Shown here: in pieces, positions 1-14,900 of the stretch | Layout of the letters: each line of letters opens with the position of its first letter | Position numbering within the stretch: the stretch's first letter is position 1 | Source of the DNA: Eledone cirrhosa | Lineage: Eukaryota | Assembly: GCA_964016885.1 (NCBI GenBank) | Contig: OZ024743.1 | Coordinates: forward strand, 213,404,001-213,468,000 | Length of the DNA stretch: 64,000 nt | Direction of reading: 5' to 3' | Notes under the pieces: generated by a model | What the model saw: only the letters and a program-made list of their open reading frames with translations | What the model was told of the DNA's origin: nothing | Database searches by the model: none | Position numbers and translations under genes: made by a program

Positions 1-321
1 CATGCAACCCCGTTCTTCCCCCAACCCTTGCTTTCACATACACACACAAACACACACACACACACACACACGTACACCTACACACACACACCACCTTCAG
101 CCCTCCCCGCTCGGACACCCCGTCTCCATCTCCCTACTCCACGCGCCACCACCCCTACACGCCCCACACCCTTCCACCACCTGTTTTATCCCATTTTAAT
201 TTTATTTTGATCATGCTTTTATTTTTAATTTCATTCGCACCGTTTCCTCCCACCCCTTTTTCGCTATATGTCTCTCCACCACTCCCCTACACTCCCTTTG
301 AACTCTCTTCCCACACACTTT

Positions 322-354
322 ACACCTGATGAAGGGCTTTGGCCGAAACGTCGT
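322..354 (+). ncRNA. Minimal type I hammerhead ribozyme motif (Penelope-type)
   Basis: CTGATGA (326-332), ag, stem II ggc-tttg-gcc, GAAAC-GTC with palindromic ACGT stem III; stem I only about 2 bp; AATAAA at 391, then (TA)n. Confidence 0.55.
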
Positions 355-1443
355 TCCCCACCACCACCCTACTCTCAAGAGCGTGAAATTAATAAACATT
401 CGTTGTACTGCCTCTCTGTTTTGTTCCTGTTCAAATTTTCCATTATATATATATATATACACATATAGCAGTGGCGGTGGAAGCATTTCTGAATGGCGGA
501 GGGCCAAATTTGGACAATTTAGTTGTATTGATTAGTTTAGCTCTTTGTCCTCTAAAATGGTCAGAAAGTTTCGATATGCGATAAACATAACATGTACATA
601 AATTATAGCGCATATGCAAATAAATGTGTGTTTTAGTAGTTTAAGGAGAAAATATAATTATTGCAGGGGGCATGCCCCTCCCCTCCAGGACCAGTACCTC
701 TGTATAACTATAATCAAAAAGAAAAATATGCTCATTGCCCTATCCGAAGGTGTTAATACATCGAACTTCGCATTTGGTAAGAAACTGGTATTACACCTAA
801 TATATTCATCTCAAATATATATATATATAGTAATAATAATAAATTTGAAGACTAAATCCAAAGAGGGCTCGAAAAGGATAAATATATATCAAATATATAA
901 GAACCCTCGACAAATATTTATTAAATAACAGCGATTCTTTGGTTAGAGTTTAATCTGTTATTTTAATAAATATATATATACATATACATACATAGATATA
1001 TACATTGATTTATTATGGGTATTGGTGAGCTTTATTACTCTACTTCGGTATTGCGTTTTCATTCTTACGTCCGTCAATAATTTACATATTCTCAGGTCAT
1101 GAAAAATAATCCCCATCCCCCGCTTATCAATTTCTCTGATTCCTCACCCCGGTTTTTATTCCATGTCTGTATATCTACAACCACCAAATTCCTACACCTC
1201 TCTGAAACGACTACACGGTATTCTGTTCTATATCAATTACCACTTGATATAGACGTGAATTACTTCGCTCCGGATTTTTACGGATTATTGTCAAAAAAAC
1301 TGTGAGTTCTTTGCTCAATTTAATAGCATTGTTTAGTTTAACGCCTTGCCTGGGCTGTCAGACGTTGAGTCAACTAATTTTCGCCCCTTTCTGGGGCGAA
1401 ATTTTCATTTTCATCTCAAAACTGTGTAGACTTGGTATCAGCA

Positions 1444-3239
1444 ATGGATGCCATTTCCACCTCGCACACTGTCGTGAGTGCCACGCCCACTAAGAAAAGT
1501 GGTGGATGGAAGGTAGGAGTACAAAGCTTGCAGCCTTCCCCCCTCGCATTATCGAAAAACGTTGAAAATATTGAAACCACGAAACCAAACCCGGTAAATA
1601 ATACCAGCACCAACAACAAGAACAATGACAATAACACCACAACCAACAACTGCAACAATAGCAACACCAAGGAAAACATGAACAATATTACCAACAGTGA
1701 CAGCAACAAAAAAGACAACAACACCAAAACAACATTCGCACAGACTGTAAAAAAAAACGAACTATTTACGCCAATCGACATAACAAATGCTAAACAACTA
1801 TTACAAGACGCAAAACAATTCGTGACTCTTGGCGAAAACGGTGCTTTTAGCATCAATTCTCCACAGGAATTACGTAGAGAGGCTGTCCTGAAAACCACAG
1901 TTTTCAGGACAATATCGAACGAAACAAGAAAACCAGCTCAATTATCACAAAATGAAATTATGCTGGTTCTAAAAGATGCAATGAAGGACTTAACCTTCAT
2001 ACAAAAAGGTAAACTGTTTGGTAGTATTTCGGTGCTAATGAACAACCAGTCAACAGCACAAAAGTACTCGGTATCACCCATTGTGTCCCCCCGCTTCATC
2101 TTTTTCCCCACATATAGGGGCAAAAGAACTCAAAGAATAAAAATAATGAGTATCACACCAAATGTAAATATTTGGTGGATACTATGTGGAATCATTGACT
2201 TTGACGAAGACAAGATAATTTCAATAGGAAAGTCCTCTGGAGGTGTATTTGGTGGGACCACCGTAGAAGTTCTGGTGCAAATGAGCTCAGAACGAATAGC
2301 GAATATCCCACAACGCGTGCCTCTGGACGGGCTAAATTATATAAACATTTCAGTGGAGGGAAGGCCGCCGTCATGTTACCACTGCTTAAACAGGGGTCAC
2401 CTGAGGGCTGCCTGTCCTCAATTAACGAGTAAAAAAAGGCTCTTCTGCCAACCTCGAACACAACAACACAACCACCACCACCACCACCACCACCACAACA
2501 ACAACAACAACCACAACAACACGGAAAAATAACAACACAAAACACTGTTCCACCCAACCCCCCCGCACCTAAAACAAATACAAAAGCAACCACAACAAAA
2601 CCCCAAAATATACCCCTCCCCAACAACACGGAAGAGGACTCCGTATCAACGTCACCCAGTGACGACGAGGGAGAACCCTTTCAACAGGTGAAAAAAAGGC
2701 ACCGCATTAACAAAAATGCCACAAACACACAGCCACCAGCACAAACAGAACAAACATCACAAATAAAAAAACGCACCCCTCCCCAAAACATAACACATAC
2801 TACAAAACGCAAACACGCACAAGAACAACAAACAAAAACAAACACAACACAACAAAAACTCTATACATACATTAACAAGAACAATAAAACGTTGATGAAA
2901 GCGATAGAAAATAACCCTTCGGTGGAAACCGAAGGGATCACTTTCACCTACGCAGCGAACAAACCGCACCTAATGATGATTAGGGTCCCAACGGAAACCT
3001 ATGTAACTTTGAAAAAGAACCATCCAATGCATGTGGGGACCAACTGCACCAAACCACTTAACAGCGTCCTATTGAGATGTTTCCCCACCCCCACACCAGA
3101 CACCCACACCCCACCAAACACCCTAATCCCACCACACTCTGATGTCCTCACCCCACCACAAACCACCACCCCACCAAACAACCCTTCCAACACCCCCATG
3201 GAAATTGTGCAGCCTGGTCCCCAGGAGACGAAGATGTAA
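1444..3239 (+). pseudogene. Tx1-like ORF1 (gag-like, zinc knuckle), frameshifted
   Basis: CYHCLNRGHLRAAC (CX2CX4HX4C) preceded by VEGRPP; probable frameshift near the A-run at about 2431, continuing in ORF 2688-3239. Confidence 0.8.
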
Positions 3240-3281
3240 ATAATTTCCTTTCCTCTTCCTTTTTAACTCTTCAGCATCAAC

Positions 3282-6200
3282 ATGGCCAATATAAGAGTTG
3301 GATGTGTGAATGCACGCGGCCTGAGGATGTCCTGGAAACAGGGCAAACTCTTAAATGACCTCATGTCGCACAGAGTGGATGTAATGGTTATTTGCGAGTC
3401 CAGGATCAGCAGCGAGCGCCAACTGGCCCCCATCTTCGACGACTTTGAGATCTACGCATCTCTCTGTCAGCCGAGGGGTGGGGGTGGGGTTGTCGTTCTG
3501 CTGCGAAAATACCTGGGTCTTGCCACACAGAAGGTACACCTGGACCCGGAGGGTCGACTGGTGGTTTTAGACGTCGGCAGTGGTGAAGGTGGAACTTTCA
3601 GGCTGGTGGCAGCGTATGCCCCATCTGGGACACCGCGACCGGACTTCTTCCGACGCCTGGAGAATTTCCTGGGAACGTCTCACTCCTTGCTTTTAGTGGG
3701 GGACTGGAATGGTATCCTGGATGCACGTTGGGACTATGTAGGGGCGTGTCCCGATAGAGGGGTGTAACAGCCTCAAACGATTAATCGGCCGATTTGATCT
3801 GGCCGATAGATATCGACTAGATTTTCCGACTGTGCCACGGTGGACGTGGAGTAATCGCAGCGGAACATCTAGGTCGTACCTAGATAGGTTCCTAGTTAGA
3901 AATAAGGATAGGGACATATTAAGCTGTCCACGAATGTTCATGGTTGACTATTCGGATCACAAGTTGGTGACCGGAGTGGTCAACCTTGATAGAACTCATA
4001 GACAGGGACCCGGTTACTGGAAGCTAAACTTGTCTTTACCGACAAACAAAGCTTACAGTAAGCGGATTAGCACACCAGTTAAGCAGCGTTTGACGGGGGC
4101 AATTGTCAACAGCAGGTGGTGGGGCTCTCTCAAGAGAGAAATTAGAATAGAATCGATAGGTTTTAGTCGGGAATTAGCATCAGATAGGAATAGAACTGAA
4201 AGGGAATTAACAGATAGAGTAGAAGAGGCGATAAGGAGTGGCAACGTGGCCGGCGTGCTGGCGTCAAGAACGGCCCTAGACCAGTTCTTTGATGCGAAGC
4301 ACGAGGGCTGCGTTGTCAGGAGTAAAATACTTGCTCTGGGTAACGAGGGAGCCAAAGCTGTTAGCTGGGCCCGAGTGACAGAGGCAAAAAGTGGAAACAA
4401 GTCCACGATTCGGTCTTTGAAGGACCAGGATGGACGCGTGATCCTTGAACCTGAGCGGATGAGCGCGGCCTTTCAACGGCGCTTTGCACGACTGTTCGGG
4501 AGGAGCGGCGGGCCGGGTGGGGCCATGGATTTCGGTCCATAACTCGACGGTCTAGCGCGGCTCTCAGACGGGGAGGTGAAGTCCTGCGAGAGGCCGATTT
4601 CAGCCGCTGAAATAGGGGAAACGCTGAGCCAATGCGGCAAACGCAAATCTCCGGGTCTCGATGCTCTACCATACGAACTTTATGTAGCGATGCCGGGCTT
4701 ATTCTCCGGTCTCCTCGAGGCGGTCTACTGCAACTGGCAACAGAACGGGAGAATTACCAGTTCTGTGACCAAGGGCGTTGTCACGCTGGTGAGGAAGGAC
4801 GAGAACAAGGGTGATGACATAGATACCTTCAGGCCCATAACTCTGCTAAACACAGAGTTAAAGATTTTGGCCAAGGTGTTAGCGAAGAGGTTGGCGCTTG
4901 TCGTCGGGAACCTGGTGGGAGAAGCGCAGACATGCGCAATCCCGTCCAGGTCCATACACGACAACTTCCACCTCATGCGATACATCGTAGAGAGGGTAGG
5001 GAACGAACCCGGCTTTGGTGGGGCCCTGATCAACTTGGATCATTCTAAGGCGTTCGATAGGGTTGACCATCGGTACCTGGATGCGGTGCTCGCGGCGGCA
5101 GGCTTCGGCCCATTTTCAGGGGCTGGATTGCTGCAATGCACAGCAGCAACACCTGCTCGAGGGCCAAGGAGCCGTTCCAAATCACGCGATCCATCCGACA
5201 GGGATGCCCTCTCTCCTCCCTCCTGTATGTGCTGGCTCTCGAGCCACTACTGCGGAAGCCGGAGCTGTTGCAGGGCATCCCCTTGGAACCGGGATTGCAG
5301 AATGCGGTGTCGGCCTACGCCGATGACGTGACAGTAATGGTGTCGTGCGCCTCGGAAATCGGGCAGATCGGCACCTTACTGGAGGAATATGAAAGGTTCA
5401 CAGGAGCCAAGCTGAACCGGAACAAGTCCGTCGGTTTCCAACTCGGGACGTGGAGGGGCAAAATGATGCCCTCCGATTGCATCGTCGGACGCTTGACGGA
5501 GGAACCGGTGAAGCTGCTCGGAGTCTGGTTCGGACCGGATCTCCAGGTGGAGAAAAACTGGGACGAGCTAACGGGAAAGGTGTTTGCACTCGCCCAGAAG
5601 TTGGCCGAGTGCAAACTATCCCTGAAAGGTCGAGCGGAGGTGGCGAACGCTTATATAGTGTCCGTCATCTACTACCGCTTGACGGTCGTGCCTTGCCCAG
5701 AGAAAACACTCGCCAAAATGGAGCGCACGCTCTTCCGATTTCTTTGGAAGAAGCAGGCTCCTTTGGTGAGAAGATCCATCTGCTGTCAACACCCTTCTAA
5801 CGGAGGGCTGGGGTGCCGTGGCTGACGATGCGTAGACACGCATTAAGGCTACGGCACCTCCAGGTATTCCTCACCGGTCAGCCGGTGTAGGCCCTGTTTG
5901 TGAGCCGAGCCATTCCGAGACTCGTCTCACTCACCGAGCTGCAATCCTGGGTCAAGCAAAGACCTAGAAAAGTGGGCGACTGGCACATTGAATGTGCCCG
6001 GGCGCTCACAGCCCTCTGGCAAGCGGATCCGGCAATCAGTGGAGACTCAACATCAACATTCTATAGAGGGTTGGTGCGCAGTAAGTGCGACGACGCTCTC
6101 GTAGAGGCTCTGGGCATGGAGGAAGACGAGCTGGCCAGTCTGTTCGGTAGGACGTTTGGCCCGGGGCCGATGGACAACTTCCCAAAGTCCCTGGTTTGGC

Positions 6201-6662
6201 AATGTTACCGAGGAGCTCTACCCGTTCGGGACAAGCTCTACAGACACGGGCGCCCGGGTAGGGACCCCTCGAAGAAGATCTGTCCGAGATGCGTGCGTGA
6301 CGAGGAAACCGTCGCACACGCATTCGTACACTGTCCGGGCGTTGCGGGTGGGACCAATCCGGTTGACCACCGAGAACATTGTCACGATCAAACCGCCTCC
6401 CCCTTTCAAAAACGAAGGAGAGGCGGTTTTCCTCTGTGTGATAGCCATGGCGAAAGAAGTTGTATGGTGGACAAGGTTGAAAGGGTTGAGGTCAGACACC
6501 TTTCTCTCCGGCTAACAACTGGTCTTTTTTTTCAAGTACCACTTTAGAAGAAGGATCAGAATGGAGAGAGAGGTGCTCTATCCCAGCAAGTTTTATGAAA
6601 GATGGGTGAAAGTAGCGAGAATGGCCCGAGTGAATGGGCCTTCTCTCTATATCAGCCTGTAG
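3282..6662 (+). pseudogene. Tx1-like ORF2: AP endonuclease plus reverse transcriptase, several frameshifts and stops
   Basis: Motifs NARGL, LVGDWN, YLDRFL, SDHKLV, GPGYWKLN, KSPGLD, FRPITLLN, KAFDRVDH, RQGCPLS, YADDV and CPRC..ETVAHAFVHC spread over ORFs 3282-6547. Confidence 0.92.
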
Positions 6663-6909
6663 GTGAGAGAGGAGAAGAATGAGAAGAGGAAGGAAGCACC
6701 CGCTCTTTGTGATCCTGAAGTGGAGGGTTGCACATTTTTTCGGGGGTGTGTGCGACCCATGTCAACGCCCCTCCCTACTGAGGACATTGATTGTTAAATT
6801 TAATTTGTTATATGTTTTTTACACGTCTTTTTAAATGTATGTAAACTCCCCCCTTAGTATTTGTCCCAATCTTTGATGCCCTGGTAGCAAATAAATAGAA
6901 ATTTATATC

Positions 6910-7140
6910 AATCAACACCAAACTCCCCCTCTCTCTATATCTACTTCAGAGAACTTTTTTCAACCCCCCTCTCTATACCAATTAGCACCAAACTTCCCCG
7001 TCTGTATAGAAACTACACGGAACTCTCTTCCAATATCTCTCTCTATATCAATTAACCACAAACTCTCCCCTTCTCTATATCTACTATACGGAACTATCTT
7101 TCAGCCCCTGTCTCTATATCTAGATCTATCTCTCCTATCT
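6910..7140. repeat. Degenerate tandem repeat of about 40-45 bp units (ctctctatatc...aaactc)
   Basis: Repeated ctctatat/caaactc units; similar units at 1160-1237 on the other side of the LINE. Confidence 0.55.
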
Positions 7141-7225
7141 GTCTTTATATAACATGTACACAAATTGTAGCGCATATACAAATAGATTTGTGTTTTGGGG
7201 GTTTGGGAAGAAAACTATAATTAAT

Positions 7226-7275
<50 letters not shown>

Positions 7276-7518
7276 GTTTGAATGTAGGACTCATACAATA
7301 TAAGTCATGTTCCAGACGCACTTAAAATGTAAATTTTTTGCCATATAGATTTCAACATTTTTCTAACCAGAAAAGGAATGGTCGACTGTGTGTTGTGAAT
7401 AAGCAGCAATAAAATGGGTATAGAGGCAAGTATTATATCGACCACATAGAAAGGGTTTCCCGAGCATCAGCTGAAACCATTTGGCGCGACGGTCGGGATT
7501 AAACCTATCTCCCCCATC

Positions 7519-7540
7519 TCTCTCTCCCCCTCTCTCTCTC

Positions 7541-7619
<79 letters not shown>

Positions 7620-7638
7620 ATGTACACACGCACGCACG

Positions 7639-7682
<44 letters not shown>

Positions 7683-7702
7683 CACACACACACACACACA
7701 GG

Positions 7703-7775
<73 letters not shown>
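7519..7775. repeat. Compound microsatellite (CT)n(AT)n(CA)n
   Basis: Directly visible. Confidence 0.95.
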
Positions 7776-7776
<1 letters not shown>

Positions 7777-8504
7777 CAAACATATATATACATACATAAA
7801 TACGTACATGCATTTATATTGGAGGAGTGTGTAGCATATCAACTTTTCAACAATCAATAAATCAAATTATGTGCGAAAGCTCAAGGGTTTCACGTAATCA
7901 AATGGTGGTGAAATCATCAACGACTGAACAAATGACAATAGCATGCAAAGCTGGAAATGATTCCCCACTCAGCGCTGTTAAAGACAACATTATCTGTAAT
8001 ACACTGGAAAAGATTAATAGCTCTGTTACATTTGTCTCCGGTTAGATATAATTCCATAGCAGGTCAGCCTATTAATTTGCTTTCTTTATGACACCTCCAT
8101 CGTGAAAGAAATCCAATCCATTAGCTGACGATAGATTGAACACGATTTATTTAATCATCTATGTTTGTGGAGAATTTCAGGACCTATGTTAGGATTGCAA
8201 ATGCGTTCTGTGCTTCTCTCAAGGGTATTGTTGTACTCCGGCTCATGCGAGATGACATTAGTAACACGATATATTACTCGATTGCTCTATGATTAAAACA
8301 TAATTGGACATGGTTTACATGGTACACCTACTCACGTATAGTTCACCTCTCTTTTTCATTTCCTACTTTTTCTCTCTCTCACATGCACACATACGTATCA
8401 TATGCACACATTCACTTTCCTTTTCCCCTTCTTTCATACTCCGGCCCTCAACAAATACAGAAGCTCGCCAGAAAAGCGCACACCTTACATGCATACTTAC
8501 ATTC

Positions 8505-8552
<48 letters not shown>

Positions 8553-8944
8553 GTATTTATTTACATACTGATATATATATATAATATATGTATGTAATAT
8601 ATAAATATAGTTTGTGAAGTTTGTGTGTACAGCCGTGATTTGTTTACATGTTAAATATTTACACACATTCACAAACACATTTGTGGAGGGTTGTGCATGA
8701 AAGTGTGTTTTTGTGTGTTTATGTATGTGCAAATATGTATCATCGATTTGTTCGCATGGTTTCCATCGTTAGAAATACAATATAAATTACAAATATACTT
8801 CATACGTGTAAACTTACTACATCAGTATTATAGACATGTCACCAATTTCAAGCATGGTTTGTTACTTCATGCTAATATGATATAGTATTATAATAATATT
8901 ATTACTACTATGATATTTCTATTATTATTAGAAATTATCATTAT

Positions 8945-9011
<67 letters not shown>

Positions 9012-9213
9012 TTGTGTGTGTGTTAGTGTTTCGAGCTTGTGCGCTCTAATTGATCATATATATTGCTCAGATGACGTGGAATGCTACTGTATAGCTTTAT
9101 ATGCGCCAATGAAGTATTAGTTCCTGTCACAGATTTAAACGTCGTAAACTGTTATATTCTGTTAATAGTCTGAGGGTATTTCTACTAGCTTTGTATTATT
9201 TCTCGGCACTATA

Positions 9214-9400
9214 GGGCGGTGGATTGGCAGTATCGGTAGAGGGTCGGACGCCATGCTTTGACGCATAGAGTTATGGCCCTTGCCATTCTGAGTTCAAATC
9301 CCGCCGAGGTTAACTTTACCTTTCATCCTTATGGGGTCGATCAAATAAAGTACCAGTAATATACTGGGTAATTGCTGGCCTTGTGCCAAAAGTAGAAACA
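9214..9400 (+). mobile_element. tRNA-derived Nin-domain SINE (octopus-type)
   Basis: Head gggcggtggattggcag, B box gagttcaaatccc, core ctttcatccttatggggtcgat..aagtaccagt; 19 bp TSD attatttctcggcactata (9195-9213, 9401-9419). Confidence 0.9.
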
Positions 9401-11573
9401 ATTATTTCTCGGCACTATATGTGACGGTTTCGTCTTGTTTCCTATTTCATGTCAATACGTATATAAACTCTTCGTGGTGAAATCGACTACCATATATTGT
9501 GTGGATAAAAAGAGTAATTTTCATTCATTCAACATCAGCTGACGAAGTGAATAATCACCAAAACATCAATGTTCCAGAGTTTCGGTGGGAGATATTTTAT
9601 TCAAATAGCAATCTCCAAAATTCAAAGAACTCTCAAAGATTACACACACACACACACACACACAAACCTATGTATATATGTGTGAGTGTGTGTGCGAGTG
9701 GTGTGTGAGGGTGTGGGTGAGTGTGTATGTGTGTATGTGTGCATTTTGTGTGTTTGTGCAGTTGTGTATATATATATATATATATAAATATAACATACCT
9801 ACCTCTATATATATGTGTGTGAGTGAGAGAGAAAAAATGAGCTCTTGTATTTGAATACTAAAGAGAAAACAACGAAATAGGCGCAGTAGCAAGAATACTA
9901 TTTGAAGTATTAACTCATTTGGGTGCCAGTCATAACACACTGGTATGTAGCACTTCAGGCTTCAGTCCTATCCGTGACACGTAACATATCTACATTCCAT
10001 AGAACATAATACAATAAATCTTGAAAAATGCACTACATAAATTGGCTGAACAGTGCTTAGGATGACTATGAAGGGGGTAATGCTAGAGCTGTGAAATCTT
10101 GCAGGCATTAATTTCAAATCTGCATTAGAAATAATGACTGCGTTAGATTAAACGCCATTTGGTCATTCCATGAAAGTATCTTGGTCATGAACTTTTCAGT
10201 CGACCCTCATATATCTCTATTCCATCAAACAATTTCATAAAATTATTGCGCAACAAGCATCAGTTTCAGAAGGCAGTTATTAACGTTGTCTAATATATTT
10301 GCAATTCACAAGAAAATATGTTATATAAATTCGTTGATTATGATTGTAAATAATGTAGTAGATCGATTATCAATTCAGCAACACAATTCTCATATCTTTC
10401 GTCTAACTATAGTCTAAACTCAAAGTGACAGCAACGTGACTGTACTGGTGGCAGATAAGTGAACCAGAGATGAAAACTAGACAGAAAAATTGCATGACGA
10501 ATGATTATCCAAAGTAACAACAATCACTATTTAGCCTTAACATAATGACTATTTAAACTCTACTTCCGTATTGAGTGCTCTTTTCTCTCGGGTGTCAACA
10601 ATATGCGGATACCATAAATATGGAAAGTGAAAACTGAGACTGATCACAGGTAGTTGTGAGGGGATAGGAGATATTAAAAAAAGGCTAAAACACACTCACA
10701 CACAAAACCATTTGAGACTAGCGAAATTGATGTTGTACAATACCCGAGAAAGAAGAGAATCTCAGAGTGCTGATATTCTGAAGAGCAAAGACGGAAGTGT
10801 AGTGGTTAGTGTGAAGAATAATTGTGTGTCGGTAGAGTAAAAAACTTTTAACTTATAACCATTATAGATTCATTCTTAATTCACCCTATTAAGATAAACG
10901 TTATTGGCAAATCGGCGATTTCCTCTCACTTTAATATTTCCTTTAAATCATTAAATGGCTTCCGTTAGTACGCATCATAGAAATACAATGGAAAGATTTG
11001 GTGAATGTTAAACCAGTTATTTGGCAAATTTACAACCATGCCCTCTCGTTGTGCATGTACATATAATGACATTATAACATTTACAAATAGCAGGCGGATG
11101 TTGTTTTCGAGAGTAATGTTCCAAGCAACGGACAAACAAAAGCTTTTTTAAAAGAAAAGTTGTAGCAAAAATCTTACTTTTTTTCTGTTCGAATATTTAC
11201 GTCACAAATCTGGCCAAAATTGTTTCTCTATACTTGCAGGACTGCATCCAGAATATAATTTTTTATCCCGTTTGTAAAATAAGATGGATTACTTTGAATA
11301 AATAATGAATGAATATTACATAGTTTATCTACTAAATTTCGTAACACATGATTAAACATATATTAAACATATTATTGCATAGTCCAATATTCACTTCTTT
11401 TAAAGATTCAAATTTCAATACTTCCGGTATATCTATACTATATATATATATATTTAGAGAGAGAGAGGGAGAGTGAAAGAGAAAGATGAAGCGATTTGGA
11501 TTTTTTTCGACACGCTGATGTGTATGTGTGTGCGTGTGCGTATGTTGTTGTTCTTTGATTTCATAAAATTGGT

Positions 11574-11624
<51 letters not shown>

Positions 11625-11966
11625 GAGAGAGAGAGAGAGAAAGAGAGACATATAGAGTGACTGTGACAGATATATATATATATATGTTGTTTTCATACGC
11701 GTTTTGCTGCTACCACTGTTGTTATGACTACCTCATACTACTCTCTCTCTATATTTCTGGTATATGAAATACCAGACGACCATACATCGTTCTTTCATAA
11801 CGTTTATAATATTCCGTCTTTCATATATTTCAAAGATTTATTTTCTCCGTGTCAGCTATATATATATATATATATATTTATATTTTTTTTGTTTTAACAT
11901 ATATTTATTTCTAAGATTTCACCGTAGAGATAACATATATTTATACATACATTACAGAAAGTGAAC

Positions 11967-14900
11967 ATGGGACGCAGAAAACATTTCTCATCTAAATCCC
12001 GACGCATGGCAGCAGACGCACAACGACAAAGAGAGATGAGAGCAAATCAATCAAACAATAATCGCTCTACAGCATCCCAGCAAATTTCTACAAATGTAAT
12101 TCAGTTAACACACCAACAACAACTTGCAACAAATACACCAAACGTTCAGAGAGGAAGGAACAGGTCAATTGAAGGTCTGGCAAAGAATCCTACAGATGAA
12201 CCTTCCAAAGAGCAAACTGTTCTTTCCATAATGCCACAACATAATGCAGGGAGTCTCTTTGCCTCTGTTTGTCCGCACTGCAAAGCTTATCGCTGGCCAC
12301 ATGAAACCAAATCTCTGTGCTGCTTCCAGGAAAAAGTGAAACTCCCCCAACTTCCTCCTCATCCACCTAATATACTGAAATATTTCAATATCACTCAAGC
12401 AGGAAATTCTTTTTTCCATAAGATACGTGCATATAACAATGTGCTTGCATTAGCTTCAATTGGTTGCAAAGAGATTTAGTCCCACATTTAAGATCCAAGG
12501 TAAGATTTGTCATATTATTGGATCACTACTTCCAAGTGATGCTTCACCCAAGTTTGCGCAGCTTTACTTCTATGATACAGATCATGAGCTTCAGAATCGC
12601 TTGCATCATGCTAATTTAGACGCTGCTGTCCAGCAGGACCTACAAGAAGACTTGCACTACTGCAACACCTATATAAAAAGCTTCAAGGCAGACATTGAAA
12701 TGACAGTCTCTGAAAATGTGAATATTGTCCTACATGCTGACAAAGTAAAACCCACTGATTTTCGTTGTCGCACATATAATCTTCCCATGGCTGTTATTCA
12801 ACCTGATACAGCATTAGGTCTTTTGGATGTCATCACTCATAAAAGAGATGGTGGTCTTCAGAGGTTTCATCAGTTGCACCGTTCTTATGATCCTCTGCAT
12901 TATGTGCTACTGTTTCCTTGGGGAAATGATGGGTTTCAGGTTGGTTTGAAAATGATTGACAACAACCACACACACCCATTGATTTATACTGTTATCGGTT
13001 TCAGGTTAGGGAAGGTGACTGTAACATTATCATGAAGAGTAGGCGGCTGATGCAGCAATATGCTGTAGATGAACATTGTCGCCGCAAATGGGCTCGCAAC
13101 AATCAAACCATGATACGAGCTGAAAAGTATGAGGGTTTGTATGATGCTGTGGCTGAAGGAGATTCAGTAAAGGCAGGCTAGAGAATTGTTCTTCCTCGCT
13201 TCTACAGTGAGTGCTTTCAGAGTTGTGGTTTCAAAGTTGTGGCTCATTCTGCTACAATAGAGTGGCAGAAACGAGGCCTCACTCATGCTCATATTCTTCT
13301 GATAATGGCTGAAGATAGCAAGCCCAAAGCTGCTGATGCCATTGATCAAGTAGTGTACTGTGAGATTCCTGAAAAAGAGACCAATCCAAATTCTGCATAA
13401 GATCAGCATATCCTGCAACATTCATGGCCCATGTGGACAAGCTAATATGATGTGCTCATGTATGGAAGGGCTAGGACAACAATGACATTGCTCAAAAGGT
13501 TATCCCAAGGCATTCAGACAAACCACATTTGTTGCCGAAAATTCCTTTCCGGAGTATAGAAGAAGGGATAGACAGCATGGTGGTCACATCCATACAATCC
13601 AACTTAAAGGTCAAGAATTTACTGTTGATAATCGTTGGATTGTTCCATACAACCCTTTCCTCTTAATGAGATACCAGTACCACATCAATTGTGAAGTTGT
13701 CCACAGTATCAAGGCTGTTAAGTACTTATATAATTACATCACAAAAGGATCAGACAAGATCACTTTCACTATTAAGGATGATCAAGGAAATTGTCTCCAT
13801 GCCCAAAATGAGATTGAGACCTATATCAATGCACAGTACATCTCAGCCAGTGAAGCATTCTGGAGAATCTATACATTTCCAATTGAAAAGTTTACCCGGG
13901 AAACAAATGGTCATGTATGAGCAAGGGCAGGAAGAAAGTGTTGTTTCTAGGGGACAGCCAATAACTAAGTTGACGGAATATTTTCAACTGAATATTAGCG
14001 ACCCACTGGCACAAAACATTATATATTGATATTGCTAAATATTTCATCAATACTTGGACAAACAAAAAGTGGCAAAGAAGAAAAAAGGAACATCTGGATG
14101 GTGATCAACAATTTATGAGACACATTCCAACAGTATCTCTCAGTAAACATCAATCTGAATCATATTATCTCAGGATGATTCTACATCACAAGGCTGGGTC
14201 AATTTCATGCAAAGATTTGTGGACAATTGAAGGAGTTGAATCTCCAACATTCCAAGAAGCATGCAGGAAACTTGGTCGGTTGGATGAAGATGGAGAAAAA
14301 GACAAAGCTATGGAAGAGGCCTCATCCACGCTTGGTCCTCAGCTGCTAAAGATCTTCTGCACCATTTTATTGTACTGCATGTCAAATGACCCTCTGCAGT
14401 TCTGGGAGAAATGGAAGAATTGTCTTGCAGAGGATATCATGCATGAACGTCATGAACAAGTCATATCCATGCAAACCGTGCAGATTGTTCTACAGAAGAT
14501 CCAACAAAGACTTCAACATGATGGCTTGGACATTCATGCCAACTATTGACTTCCTCGGTCAGACCCAACTATTGTTGCCATACCAGAAATCAACAGGGTT
14601 CTTATGGCAGAAACTGATTTCAATACACACCAACTGCAAGCAAACATAAATGAACTTCTGCCAACATTGAATCCTGAGCAACTGGTTATTTTTCACAAAG
14701 TAATCACCTCTGTAAATGAAAATGAAGGCAGAATTTTCTGCTTGAATGCAAGTGCAGGTACAGGAAAGACCTATGTCATAAACATCTTACTGGATTACCT
14801 CCGATCTAAAAAAGGAATTGCACTTGCCACTGCTATATCTGGAATAGCAGCCACTTAGCTTCACAAAGGTAGAACTCTACATTCCAAGTGCAAGATACCT

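Larger units (their letters stand above)
1238..6903 (+). mobile_element. Full-length decayed L1/Tx1-clade non-LTR retrotransposon
   Basis: ORF1 with CCHC knuckle, ORF2 with APE, RT and C-terminal Cys motif, 3' UTR with AATAAA; candidate TSD tatatcaat at 1229-1237 and 6904-6912. Confidence 0.9.

Noticed and set aside
3693-6499. Antisense ORFs within the Tx1 element (and those opposite the R4 copies)
   Set aside because: Shadow frames of retrotransposon coding sequence with no independent motifs.
7435-7500. Hammerhead-like CTGATG..GAAAC..GTC on the minus strand
   Set aside because: Core reads CTGATGC, stem II is too short and no stem I can be formed.
7363-8732. ORFs rich in YI, HT, CV or ER dipeptides (also at 27, 37, 40, 41, 44, 61 and 63 kb)
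   Set aside because: They are translations of dinucleotide microsatellites.
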